From assembly GCF_006345805.1 (NCBI RefSeq), contig NC_043003.1, positions 2,418,001 through 2,482,000 of the forward strand: 64,000 nt of DNA. Reading direction: 5' to 3'. A model generated the notes under the pieces. The model was not told where the DNA came from, searched no databases, and saw only the letters and a list, made by a program, of their open reading frames with translations. This document shows, piece by piece, positions 36,881 to 50,591 of the stretch. Origin of the DNA: Octopus sinensis (taxonomy: Eukaryota). Within the stretch, counting starts at the first letter, position 1. Each line of letters starts with the position of its first letter. A program made the position numbers and the translations under genes.

Positions 36881-38786
36881 TTCCTTCTGGTAAAAATATT
36901 TTGTTAATAAAAATTAACAACAAGACTAAAACAACAACAAGGATACGACTCAGTTGAGTTTATTGGAAAATGGAGGCAAACAAAGTTTCATTAGAAACAT
37001 CAGAACCCTTCCATGTGGGCTCCATTAACGACATACAACCTGTTGAGTTATCCTTGTTTTCTTTTTTCTGAATTTTCCAAATTGTAAAGGTAATTTACAG
37101 GCATCCTGCATAAGGCTTACTCTACTCTGTGTAACACACTTCTGATCTACTTTTGAAGAACTTTGATGGAAGGAAATTGGTTGCCTGACCTTTTATGTGG
37201 TCTGCCAAATGTGCTTCATATGTCATTGGTCTCTAAACCAAGATTTCTTCACGTCTTTTCATTCCTTTGTAGCTTGTTTTGACAATATTCTTGTTGACCT
37301 TTCTCTATCAGCTGAGAATGTTGCATCGTATTAATGGGTACCAGGTGGTACACAGATATTTAATAAATAATGTCAAACAATTTAAACACAATCTACAGCA
37401 TGGTGTAGCATTGTGTAACAGCCCCAGGTTGAAGAGATAAATCTATTTGTAGACCTGTCTGCTACCATGAGGCTGATAAATGCCATCAGATAAAATATAA
37501 AACTCAAAAATTGTTACTTATGCAACAACAAAGAATAAATCTCATTGCAACCTCCCGCAAATTTATACGTACTGGCAGGGCTGTGTGGTATGAAGCTTGC
37601 TTTCCAACCTTGTGGTTCCAGGTTCAGTCCCGCTGCTTGCCAACCTCATGGCTTTAGGCTCAGTCCCACTGCATGGCACTTTGGGCAAGTGGATTTTGAT
37701 AGATGAAAACTGAAAGAAGCCCATTGTATGTGTGTGTGTATCTATTTACATATATATATATATATATCATCATCATCATCATCATCATCATTTAGTGTCC
37801 GCTTTCCATACTAGCATGGGTTGGACGGTTCAACTGGGGTCTGGGAAGCCAGGAGGCTGCACCAGGCCAGTCAGATCTGGCAATGTTTCTACGGCTGGAT
37901 GCCCTTCCTAACGCCAACCACTCCGTGAGTGTAGTGGGTGCTTTTTACGTGCCACCCGCAAAGGTGCCAGACGGAGCTGGCAAATGGCCACGGGCGGATG
38001 GTCCTTTTTACGTGCCACCGGCACGGGGGCCAGGCGAGGCTGGCAACGGCCACGAATGGATATATATATAGGGAGAGTTTACAAAAAAAAAAAAAGACAA
38101 AGACAGGTGGTGTATATATATATATATATATATATTCACACACATATATATGTATATATAATATTATCTGAGTAGCCTGTTGTCGGTGGGCCTCTTGATC
38201 ATGGTGGACTTCTGCATTATTTTGGGCAATTTATAATGTCTCAATCATTGAAGTCTTTTGTTTTGCCATTTGGGGCATTCTACTCTTGCATTGTCCAATA
38301 TAAAACTGACCATGGATGAAGCAGGGCTCTTCAATGTGTAAATCTGCAGCTAAAAATGTTTACCCTTACAATTTGTTGATGGTTGCGGAAAAAACTAAGA
38401 CACTCTGGAAATTGAAGTCGATTCCTGCAACAGAGGCTTTTGTGCATGTCCTATGTTGAGGTGTCTCCTGGGACCATGCAGAGCTCATGCTTGCATCTCA
38501 TCAAGTCTCCTCCACTTCTGATTGGGTGTCGCCTGAGCTCACTGCTGATGCTCTGTGAGGGGCTTTCGACTTTGTTGTCCTCATGAAATTCCTTACACAC
38601 ACACACACACACACACACATTCAGTGTGAGAGGTGTACATATATGGAGAGAAAGAGACAAAGAGTGTGTGTGATAAATATATAGAGTGGAGGAAGTTTAC
38701 AGTAAGGAAAGTGTAAATGACAGAGAGAGAGAGGTATATATAGACTGATAATACCTATCTCCAGTGATTGATCTGCATTACATGTC

Positions 38787-38847
<61 letters not shown>

Positions 38848-39210
38848 GAGAGAGAGAGAGGAGCAGTGTGTGTGATATCATCGTTTAACGTCTGTTTTCC
38901 ATGCTAGCATGGGTTGGACAGTTCAGCTGGGGTCTGGGAAGCCAGGAGGCTGCACCAGGCTCCAGTCTGATCTGGCAGTGTTTCTATAGCTGGATGCCTT
39001 CCTAACACCAACCACTCCGAGAGTGTAGTGGGTGATTTTTACATGCTACTGGCACAGGGGCCAGAGGAGGCTGGCAATGGCCACGATCAGTTGGTGTATT
39101 TTATGTGCCAGTGGCACGTAAAAATCATTATTATGTGTCACCGGCACATAAACAATTATTAACTTCCCCATCTCCATTTTCTTTTTCTTCTTTTATATGA
39201 ATATAAACTA

Positions 39211-40720
39211 TCATCATCATCATCATCATCGCTTAACGTCCGCTTTCCATGCTAGCATGGGTTGGACGGTGCAACTGGGGTCTGGCAAGCTCGATGGCTG
39301 CACCAGGCCAGTCAGATCTGGCAGTGTTTCTACAGCTGGATGCCCTTCCTAACGCCAACCACTCTGAGAGTGTAGTGGGTGCTTTTATGTGCCACCGACA
39401 CAGGTGCCAGACGAGGCTGGCAGACGGCCACGCTTGGATGGTGTTTTCTTATGTGCCACCGACACAGGTGCCAGACAAGGCTGGCGAACGGCCACGCTCG
39501 GATATTGTTTGTTACGTGCCCACAGCACGGAGGCCAGTCGATGCGGTACTGGCTACGGTCACGTTCGGATGGTTTTCTTATGTGCCACCCACAAGGATAC
39601 AAATTCCATTGATGTTCATCTATTTTTATTTGGTTTGATTTGATTTGATTTTGATTTTCACTTGCCTCAACAGGTCTTCACAAGTGTCACAAGGAGGAAG
39701 GTATGCACAGGTGGACTGACTACGTCCCAGGTAGGGGCCACGGGTTATGGCTTCACTAGTCTTGTCGGGTCTTCTCACGCACAGCATACTTCCATAGGTC
39801 TCGGTCTCTAGTCATTTCCATGGTGAAACCTAACGTTCGAAGGTCGTGCTTCACCACCTCGTCCCAGGTTTTCCTGGGTCTACCTCTTCCACGGGTTCCC
39901 TCAACTGCTAGGGATTGGCACTTTCTCACACACCTATCTTCATCCATTCTCGCCACATGACCATACCAGCGCAATCGTCTCTCTTGCACACCGCAACTGA
40001 TGCTTCTTAGGTACAACATTTCTCTCAAGGTACTAACGCTCTGTCGAGTATGTACACTGACATTACACATCCATCGGAGCATACTGGCTTCATTCCTCAC
40101 GAGCTTACGCATGTCCTCAGCAGTCACGGCCCATGTTTCACTGCCATGTAGCATGGCTGTTCGTACACATGCATCATACAGTCTGCCTTTCACTCTGAGC
40201 GAGAGGCCTTTAGTCACCAGCAGAGGTAAGAGCTCCCTAAACTTTGCCCAGGCTATTCTTATTCTAGCAGTTACACTTTCAGCGCACCCACATCCACTAC
40301 TGACTTGGTCACCTAGATAACGGAAGCTATCAACTACTTCTAGTTTTTCCCCCTGGAAAGTGACGGAAGTTGTTTTCTGCAGATTTTCGGAGGTCAATGC
40401 TCCCGAGCATCTGCCACATACAAAAACTATCTTCCCAGTTAGCCTACCTTTGACATTGCTGCACCTCTTATGTGTCCATAGCTTACACTGGGTACATCTT
40501 ATAGAGTTTCTACCTACACCTTTTCTACAGATCGAGCAGGGCCATCTTCCTGAGGATATTTGTGGATTGTCTACCTTTCTACTTATTAGTACTTTGGTTT
40601 TAGCTAGGTTGACTCTAAGGCCCCTCGATTCTAAACCCTCCTTCCACACCTGGAACTTCTCCTCCAGTTCTGATAGTGACTCAGCAATTAGAGCGAGGTC
40701 GTCAGCATAGAGGAGCTCCC
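39211..40720 (-). mobile_element. LINE family B, 1.5-kb 3' fragment in NADK2 intron 1
   Basis: Uninterrupted 297-aa ORF 39756-40649 with the PHD-like finger and RT C-terminus, followed by the 3' UTR and (GAT)n. Confidence 0.93.
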
Positions 40721-40857
40721 TTTATATATATATAGATACCTATTATTTTAAGGAAATTAATTCCCCCAAAATATTAGGTATTGGACCAGTATTTCTTTGG
40801 ATGAAACCAACCCTTCATGAGGTTAACACAACCTCTAATCGAAGTATATGTGTGCGT

Positions 40858-40924
<67 letters not shown>

Positions 40925-41580
40925 CCTACGCACATACACACATGCACTAAGATGTGCACACACGCATGAATGCATACACCCCCCACACCCATGCACATGT
41001 CCACACACATACACACATTCCCATTCCATCTCCGTACACATGTCAACATCCACACACACCCTACAGACTGCTCTCTGCTGACCGTCCCATCTACGCACTC
41101 GTGCAAAAACACACACCCACCCATGCATACACCTGTCACCATAGCTGCTCATCTCTCACTACGACATTAACAGACACATGCAGATCACTCACATAAACAT
41201 ACACATGTAAACAGTTAATACTACTCACATACACACACACACACACACGTGCCACCACACACACGCACACAACTACACATACAGCTACCAACCATTCTTC
41301 ACACTCTCCTGTCCCAGAAAGCACTTTCCTCTTTGTCCATCCACTTCCGGTCATGGAGTGTTGGTGATTTTTTTTTTTCTTCCTCATTCCTTCTCTTTTT
41401 GACTTTCCTCTGTCACCTGTTTCTGATGAAGAGCTTTGCTCGAAACATTAAAAACAACCACTTCCTTTTTGTCCTTCCCTGAGCGTCTTATTAATACTTT
41501 GCATGTACCATGTCCTTGTGTTGTTGTTTTTTCCTGTTGTCTTTTTTCTCCATTTTTTAAAATTAATTAATTATATATAA

Positions 41581-41965
41581 GCGCAGAAGTGGCTGTGTAC
41601 TAAGAAGCTTGCTTCCTAACCATATGGTTCTGGGTTCAGTCCCACAGCAGGGCACCTTGGCCAAGTGTCTTCTACTCTAGCCTCGGACTGACCATAACCT
41701 TGTGAGTGCATTTGGTAGGCGGAAACTGAAAGAAGACCTTTGTATATATATATATATATATATGTATTTGTGTCTATATGTCCCCCCCCACCATCTCTTG
41801 ATAACCGATGTTGGTGTGTTTACATCCCTGTAACTTAGCGGTTTGGCAAAAGAGTCCGATAGAATAAGTATTAGGCTTACAATGAATATGTCCTAGGATT
41901 GATTTGTTCAACTAAAGGCGGTGCTCTAGCATGGCCACAGTCAAATGACTGAAACAAGTATAAAA
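41581..41965 (+). mobile_element. tRNA-derived SINE family 2 (representative copy)
   Basis: Head GTGGCTGTGT..GGTTCAGTCCCAC, internal microsatellite, tail GTCAAATGACTGAAACAAG. Other copies lie near 7385, 8270, 20680, 24340, 27900, 42810, 48290, 50640, 53060, 58140 and 59230. Confidence 0.85.
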
Positions 41966-43958
41966 AGAAAGAAAGTAAAAAAAGGAAAAAGGCAGAAACA
42001 AGGAAAATGCCCCTTGTATTTGAACACTATGCAAATATTCATTTAAAAAAAACTTTTATTTAATTTTTCCAAATTTAATTGTTTTCCATACTTACAGTTG
42101 AAGAAGTCCCAATGACTGAAACCGGTACTGAAATGTTTTTTATAAAATTATTTTAGCATTTTCTATCTTGACTTTTTTTCCATATATATATATATATATA
42201 TATATGCGCTCTTAGCTTAGTTTTTCCTTGGGGCTGGCCAGATTGGAGCAATCTTAAGATTAATCAGCCGAAATTGCAAGGATGATCCGGTTCTTGACTG
42301 AAGATTAAAGGCTTCGAATGACCCGTCTGTGTTTTTTGTATCGTCTTCTGGATGTTTTGCATTCTTGTCCCATTTTGTATTTATATATATATATATAAAT
42401 ATAATACACACACACACAGACAAAGACTAACAGAGAGTGTGGTAAATATATATATATAGAGAGAGAGGGGAAAGCATAAAAGACAGAGAGAGAGAGGGGG
42501 GTGCATAGACAGATGTGCTTGTCTCCTGTGACTGATTTGTGTTACATGTTTTATGAAGAGTGAGAGTAGAGAGCAGCATGTGTGAGAGATACTCATATAC
42601 AGAGAGAGTGTGGTAAATATATATATATAGAGAGAGAGAGAGAGGGGGAAGTGTAAAAGACAGAGAGAGGTAGATGTAAAATTATACGATGCAACACACA
42701 CACACACACACATAAGCCTAGGTACTTTGATGTAGACAAACGTATGTGCATGACCTATGACCTATGTACATGTGTGTAGTGCTCTGCATGTTATGGCAAG
42801 GGATGGCGGGCATGGGTGTGTGGTAAGTAGCTTGCTAACCAACCACATGGTTCTGGGTTCAGTCCCACTGCGTGGCTCCTTAGGCAAGTGTCTTCTGCTA
42901 TAGCCTCGGGCTGACCAAATCCTTGTGTGTGGATTTGGTAGATGGAAACTGAAAGAAGCCTATCATCATCATCATCATCGTTTAACGTCCGCTTTCCATG
43001 CTAGCATGGGTTGGACGAATGACTGAGGGCTGGCGAACCAGATGGCTGCACCAGGCTCCAATCTTGATCTGGCAGAGTTTCTAAAGCTGGATGCCCTTCC
43101 TAACGCCAACCACAAATATATATATATTTGTGTGTCTGTGTTTGTCCCCCACCATCACTTGACAACCGGTATTGCTCTATTTACATCCCTGTAACTTAGC
43201 AGTTTGTCATAAAAGAACAATAGAATAAGTACTAAGCTTAAAAAAGTCCTGGGGTCAGACTGTTCGACTGAAAGTGTTCAAGGTGGTGCCCCAGCATGGC
43301 CGCAGTCAAATGACTGTGTGTGTGTGTGTGTGTGTTTCTGTCTCTTTGTGTTGCGTCACATGACAGTTGCGAACCGAGCATCGCTGTGGTGCAGGCAAGT
43401 GTCCTTCGTTTCTGATCGTCCGTGGAAAACCTATCAGACCATGGAGTGGGTGGGTGGGTGGAAACATTACTTTGCTTAGAAACAGGTGAGGGTTGGTGAC
43501 TGGAAGGGCATCCTGCTGTAGAACCTCTGCCTGCCCCAACAAAACTCATCTGGCCCATGCAAGCAGGGAAACATGGACGTTAAATGATGATGATGGTGAT
43601 GATGTATCTTTTATAATACAGGAATGGCAAAGTTTGTGAAAAGTCCGAAACTTGAAACCAGTGTAGAGGTAGTCATATAGAAGTGGGGTTCGTTCCTGGC
43701 ACACCTATATATACATGCACAGATAGATATAGATATATGCACATAAACACAAACGTATACTTACGTACACAAATATAATACATGCTTACGCAAAAAGTCC
43801 ATTGACGTAAGCGGTTCGGGAAAACAAAAGATGTGTGGGTGCGGTGGGGAGGAGGAGGAACCGTGTGTTTTCGCTGTTCAGCTGAATAAAAGGAAGAAAT
43901 TTAAGGAATACATTGTTTTGACGGAAATTGCTACCACGTCTTAGGTACGACTAGCGAA

Positions 43959-44178
43959 CAGTGGTCCCGGTGGGCGCACACGCGCTAGCTAGTTGTGACT
44001 AGTCGATCCTACAACGACTAACTAGCAAAGTAAATAAAACACAAAATAAGTAATTTTTTTTTACATAAAGTCAATAATTTTTGTTACACTAAGTAAATAA
44101 AACACAAAAACACAAAGTAAGGATCGACTAGTCATGACTAGCTGGCGCGAGTACGCGAGAGCGCGCACCGGGTCACTG
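43959..44178. repeat. CpG-rich inverted repeat with AT-rich spacer
   Basis: 43959-44010 matches the reverse complement of 44120-44178, with a GACTAGTCGATCCT core. Confidence 0.7.
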
Positions 44179-44373
44179 CCCTCAAGTAGTACCCACGTCT
44201 TTTATGCCATCAAATACCGTATCTACATCTCGCGATTTACAAAGGGCAACGTACGCACACACACACACGTACGTACACACGTACTGTATTTATGTGGTAA
44301 GGGAGATAATTCCTGCAAACTACTTTTGAGCAGTCTCAAAATGCTGCTGTTTTCTGCCTCTGATCGAGTAACC

Positions 44374-44691
44374 CAAAGGTTCTCAAAGTGGGCGCTACCG
44401 CCTGCCCTCACCCGGTGGGCGCTGGTGCCTTAGGGGGCCGGTTAGGGTTCGGTAGAGAAAAAGGAGGTGTTGGGAGAAAGGCAATAGATTGGGGGGCACC
44501 ATGAATTTATCATATTATTATTATAGTATTGTATACAAATGATATAATATTAGATTAAATATCAAATGATCCATGGTAAATATAAATCAGTAAAATAGAA
44601 AATTTATACGTAAAAATAGGGGTTGGGCGCTGAGGGTATTATGTGGTCATGAAAGGGGGTGGCGGTGGCCCAAAACGTTTGCGAACCTCTG
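44374..44691. mobile_element. hAT-type MITE
   Basis: TIRs CAAAGGTTCTCAAA / TTTGCGAACCTCTG. 8-bp TSD GAGTAACC / AAGTAACC (7/8). Confidence 0.78.
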
Positions 44692-45555
44692 AAGTAACCC
44701 TATTCATCATCATCATCGTTTAACGTCCGTTTTCCATGCTGGCATGGGTTGGACGGTTCGACTGGGGTCTGGCAAGCCAGGAGGCTGCTCCAGGATTCAG
44801 TCTGATCTGGCAATGTTTTTACAGCTGGATGCCCTTCCTAATGCCAACCACTCCGTGAGTGTAGTGGGTGCTTTTTACATGCCACCGGCACAGGGGCCAG
44901 GGGAGGCTGGCAACGGCCACGATCGGTTGGTGCTTTTTATGTGCCACCAGCACGGAAGCCAGTCAAGGTGGCGCTGGCATCGACCACGTATGGATGGTGC
45001 TTTTTACGTGCCAGGGGAGGCTGGCAACTCACAACCTTATTGTCTGTCTTTATTATTATTTTCGTTTTTCTGGCATATAACGTTCTACTCTGTAGATGGT
45101 TGAGTTTGTTTTCATAGATATTTAATATTCATTTCTAACAAGTCAAGGCTCTCTTGTGGGTTTGTGTGATACAGTTTTCAATGGATACTCCATCAGAGCT
45201 AATTTTCTTCTCATCTCCCTCTGCCTTTTCGCCAACAGACACTTGGCTTGCTGGTCAACATTCTCTCCTCTCTTGCTATTTTTCTTTCTATGTCCATTGA
45301 GGATTTCATCCAGGCGTTACCCATCATCCTCGTGTTTGGCTGAAACGCTGTATTTATTCCATCTTTGTCTATTGTTTCAAATTACATTTGTTTACTTTTG
45401 TAACCCCCCCCCTGTATTGTCTTGTGTGCTCGAGCCCTAAATCTCTGGTGTTGCAGTGGAAGCCCCCCCCCCAAAAAAAAACACCGATAAAGTTACGTCA
45501 CTGCCTGTTGAAACATTGGCTCTGGCATTTGGAGAGAGAGCACAACAGTAGCACC

Positions 45556-48170
45556 AGAGACGTATTACTTGAAGCTTTTGATGAAATAGAGGAGGATATA
45601 GCAACACGTAATGTGGAAGACAACTGGAAGTTTCTAAGGGACAACTTGTTGAGGGCTACTGACCAGATCTGTGGATGGTGCAAAGTCCCCTCTCGACCCA
45701 AGGTAATGTGGTGGAACAATGTAGTTGACAGGGCCATTAGGGAAAAGAAACTGGCATGGAAGGACTAGAAGAACGGAGGTAGCAGGGAATTGTGTCAGAC
45801 TGCCAGAAGGGAAGAATAGGAGACAGGATTACTTAAGCAGAGGGGAAGCTAATAAGAAAAAACTTGGCAATGTTTTGCGTTGTGAGGACCAAAAACTTGA
45901 AGTGTTTTGTGTTACAAGACAGTGTGTGAGAGAGAATCATGATGTCATAGGAGAGAGGTGTGTCCGCATGGATGATGGTTCACTTGCGCTAAATGAGGCT
46001 GCAAAGAGAGAGACTTGGAGATGCCACTATGAAAGGTTGCTAAATGAAGAGAATGAATGGGAGAAAGAGAGTCTGCTGAATGTCGACCCCACAGAGGAAC
46101 CAGCTATTCGAATTGACAGTACCTTGGTAGATAAAGTAGTTAAAAGTATGAAGACAGGGAAAGCCTCCGGCCAATCAGGAATCACTGCAGAGATGCTCAA
46201 AATATCTGGCGGTGTCAGGTATAGCCTAATCACCTGTATAGTCAATCAGGTGATACATGAAGGAGTCATACCCAATGACTGGATTAGCAGCACCATAGTC
46301 AACTGCTACAAAGGTAAAGGTGACGCTTTAGATACAAATAGTTACAGAGGTATCAAGCTGTTGGATCAGGTAATGAAGGTCATGGAAAAGGTTGTAGCCC
46401 AACTAATTAGGGAGTGAGTTTAGATGAGATGCAGTTTGGGTTTGTGCCAGGGAGAAGCACCACTGATGCTATATTTCTGGTAAGACAGCTGCAGGAGAAA
46501 TACCAAGCTAAAGTTAAATCTCTGTACCTGGCTTTTGTTGACATGGAGAAAACCTTTGACAGGGTCCCCTGGTCCTTTCTCTGGTGGTCAATGAGGAAAC
46601 TAGGGATAGATGAGTGGTTAGTGAGAGCTTTACAAACCATGTACAGGGATGCTGTCAGTAAGGTGAGGGTTGGCAATGAGTACAGTGAAGAATTCCAGGT
46701 AGGGGTCCACCAAGGATCACTCCTCAGTCCCCTCTTATTCATCATTGTCCTCCAGGCAATAACAGAGGAATTCAACACAGAATGCCCCTGGGAGCTCCTC
46801 TATGCTGATGACCTTGCTCTAATTGCTGAGTCACTATCAGAACTGGAGGAGAAGTTTTAGGTGTGGAAACAAGGATTAGAATCGAAGGGCCTTAGAGTCA
46901 ACCTAGCTAAAACCAAAGTCCTAATAAGTAGGAAGGCAGACAAACCATAAATCCCTTCAGGTAGATGGCTCTGCTCGATCTGTAGTAAAGGCGTAGGTAG
47001 AAGCTCTATAAGATGTACCCAGTGTAAGCTATGGACACATAAGAGGTGCAGCAATATCAAAGGAAGGCTAACTGGGAAGATAGTTTTTGTATGTGGCAGA
47101 TGCTCAGGTGCAATAAACACTGAAAATGTGCAGAGAACAACTTCTGTCACATTTCAGGGAGAAATACTAGAAGTAGTTGATAGCTTCCATTACCTAGGTA
47201 ACCAAGTCAGTAGCGGAGAAGGGTGCACTGAAAGTGTAACTGCTAGAATAAGAATAGCTTGGGCAAAGTTTAGAGAGCTCTTACCTCTGCTGGTGACAAA
47301 AGGCCTCTCGCTCAGAGTAAAAGGCAGACTGTATGACACATGTGTACGAACAGCCATGCTACATGGCAGTGAAACATGGGGCATGACTGCTGAGGACATG
47401 CGTAAGCTCACAAGAAATGAAGCCAGTATGCTCCGATGGATGTGTAATGTCAGTGTTCATACTTGACAGAGTGTAAGTACCTTGAGAGAAAAGTTGGACC
47501 TAAGAAGCATCAGTTGTGGTGTGCAAGAGAGATGTTTGCGTTGGTCTGGTCATGTACAACGGATGGATGAAGAGAGCTGTGTGAAGAAGTGCTGCTCCCA
47601 AACAGTGGAAGGAATCCTGGGTAGAGGGAGACCCTGGAAGACATGGGATGAGGTGGGGAAGCATGACCTTCTAATGTTGGGCCTCATGGAGGGGATGTCA
47701 AGTGACCAAGACCTTTGGAGATATGCTGTGCTTGAAAAGACCCGGCAAGCCAAGTGACATTTAAACCGTGGCCTATGCCAGTGGAGCTTAACTAACTCAC
47801 TTAAGAGTACCCTTCAATCATTGGGAAATAAACTGTGCTTGCATAGACCTGTTGAGTCAAGTGAAGTCATTGTCATGGCTGATGAAAGTACTGCCTGACT
47901 AGTGCCTGTGCCAGTGGCATGTAAAAGGCATCATTCGAGCGTGGTAATTGCTAGTGCTGCCTGAGTGACTCCTGTCTGGTCCTGTGCCAGTGGCACGTAA
48001 AAAGCACCCACTACACTCTTGGAGTGGTTGGCATTAGGAAGGTCATCCAGCTGTAGAAACTTTGCCAGATCAGTTTGGAGCCTGGTGCAGCCTTCTGGCT
48101 CTCCAGTCCTAAGTCAAACTGTCCAACCCATGTCAGCATGGAAAGCAGACGTTAAACAATGATGATGATG
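45556..48170 (+). mobile_element. LINE family B, degraded 2.6-kb copy in NADK2 intron 1
   Basis: Broken ORFs 45725-47757 homologous to the 12361-15341 copy. Ends GACGTTAAACAATGATGATGATG. Confidence 0.92.
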
Positions 48171-48206
48171 TACACATATATATGTGTGTGTGTGTGTATA
48201 TATATA

Positions 48207-48274
<68 letters not shown>

Positions 48275-48488
48275 TATATATATTCTTTTATTCTTTTACT
48301 TGTTTCAGTCATTTGATTATGGCCATGCTGGGTCACCGCATTTAGTCTAAGAAATCAATCCCAATACTTATTCTTTGTAAGCCCAGTACTTATTCTATCG
48401 GTCTCTTTTGCTGAACCGCTAAGGTTACGGGGACATAAACACACCAGCATCGGTTGTCAAGGGATGGCGGGGAATATATATGTATATA

Positions 48489-49383
48489 TCTACTACATAT
48501 GTGGGAAATTCAGTGTGTGTGTGTGTGTGTTTGTGGCATTGTTAGCTAACCCCTCCTACATCGTTTTATCGATTTTGATGAAACTTGACATGTGAGTAGA
48601 ACTCCTGTCTGGAAACCTCATGGCATACTCAGTTTGTTGAAAAAGTCGATAATAGGGTTCTTGAAGGGATCCTTATATATATCTAACATATTTCATTTTA
48701 ACAGTCAAGGGAAATAACCCATTCACCCAGATTTTAACAGCCAAGGGAAATAACCCATTCATTTTGTATAAATCAAATTGAGTATGCTTATTTCTTAGTA
48801 TTTGAACTGTTAGAGTTATTTTCGCAATTTATCCAGTACAACCTTTAAACAAGTAAATAGTATTTTCCTAAACAATAGATCCACTTATTTTGGTTAGTGA
48901 CTTATTCACGAATATACCAACACTAGCACCGCTGAGGGTAATATTCTCTGGGAACGCACAAAAGCCCTTTTCAGAGTTATTTACTTCGAATTGTTATTAT
49001 CTCATATCTGATTAGCCTCTTATTACATAACATGCTTCACGATTTTAGTATACATACCTTGTTAGTATTTCCTCCTATGTTCTGTATACTCTGGGAACAC
49101 ATTAAAGCCCTTTTCGGGGCTACTTTTTTTGAATTCTTACTATTGGGTAACTAATTTCACATTATTACATAACTGACTTCACAATTTCTGTATTCATAAC
49201 TTATTGGGAATTCCTAAAAACAAGATCCTGTGTAAGACAGTTCGGTATTCTCTGTAAATGCACAAAAACCATTTTAAGGGCTACATACTTTGTATTGTTG
49301 TTATTGGATTAGTGAAATGATTATGAGAACGGAACCAAGGGATAAGCCCTGCTTTCCTGGGAATTACCAGGTACGTCAGCTAG
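48489..49383 (+). mobile_element. Non-autonomous Helitron
   Basis: 5' A|TC start followed by a (GT)n tract. 3' hairpin CCTGG-GAATTA-CCAGG (49356-49371) lies 8 nt before CTAG|T. No TSD, inserted in an AT dinucleotide. Confidence 0.7.
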
Positions 49384-49555
49384 TGTGTATATATATATCG
49401 CTGAGCATAACTAAATTGTTCTTACACCTTCGTTATATTTAGGGATAATTATAATTTTCCTTTTTGGTAACACATTGCACACGACTGTCTATATTAATTG
49501 TTTTTTATATATATATTTATATGGATATATTGTATATTTTTTTTTGTCTATTTAG

Positions 49556-49644
49556 CTGAGAGGAAAGATGTCTGATTACTATGGCTTGCTCCAAAGACAC
49601 AACATCCATCAACGGTGCGTCCAAAATATTACAAAATCACTCGA
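49556..49644 (+). CDS. NADK2: NADK2 coding exon 2
   Basis: tttag|CTG...CTC GA|gtaagt. Translates LRGKMSDYYGLLQRHNIHQRCVQNITKSLE. 89 nt. Confidence 0.9.
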
Positions 49645-50420
49645 GTAAGTTGGTAAACATTTTCTTGTTATTTTTGATATTTTCAGAGTAGTCCCGAGAT
49701 TAAAAGTCAACAAATTCATGATGCTTCACAGATTTGAATGAGGGAAATATTTTAATTGTATGTTTAAAGTTTTTGTTTTAGACTTGCTGCTTATTAAAAA
49801 GACTTGGTGTCTGTTGTTAAACATTGTTTTATTGCAAGAAAGAATAAAATAAAATAAATTCCTAAAGGAACAAGTACAAGTGTGCGCTGCTGAAGTTTGC
49901 TTTCAGCCACATGTTGTTGGGTTCAGTTCCACTGCATTGCACCTTAAGCAAGTGTCTTCTACTATGTGTGTGTGGTAGGTGGAAACTGAAAGAAGCCCAT
50001 TTTGTGTGTTTGAATATGTATCTTTATATGTATGCAAGTGAGTTTGTGTGTTTGTGTTTCTTTTTTTTATTTGGCATCACATGATTGTTGTAAACGAGTG
50101 TCTCTGTCATACAAGCAGTGTCGTTCATTTCGAATGTTCTGCGGGAACATGTCCTGGCTATAGGGAAATATTACTTGGCTTGGAAACAGGTAAGTGTTGG
50201 CAACAGGAAAAGCATCCAGCCATAGAAACATCTGCTTCAAATAAACTTTGTCTGGTCCATGCAAGAATGGGAAAGTGGACATTAAGTGATGATGAGGATG
50301 ATGATGATGCAAGAATTTCAGTAAATTCACAATTATCTAAACCATTTACTTTCTTAGAAAATTTCTTTACTTTGGTTTCAGATATGTATTTTCGTTTCTT
50401 CTTCTTCTTCTTCTTGTTAG

Positions 50421-50591
50421 GGATCTTGGAATTGAAACAAAGGTTGTGCAACGATTTGACTTTGACAGTAATTTAATCAACTGGGCTGATATAGTGATCT
50501 CTGCTGGTGGAGATGGTACTTTCCTTTCGGCTGCAAGCAAGATTACCAACCGGGACAAGGCAGTTATTGGAATAAACACCGACCCTTCCAG
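50421..50591 (+). CDS. NADK2: NADK2 coding exon 3 (GGDGT catalytic motif)
   Basis: ttgttag|G GAT...TCC AG|gtaaag. Translates DLGIETKVVQRFDFDSNLINWADIVISAGGDGTFLSAASKITNRDKAVIGINTDPSR. Confidence 0.95.

Noticed and set aside
42217-42400. CTGAAGA in a repeat tail near 42299
   Set aside because: No convincing stem II or GAAA geometry on either strand.
45130-45370. Gypsy RT-like fragment (KDGINTAFQ) on the minus strand
   Set aside because: A single short motif with no LTRs or further domains.
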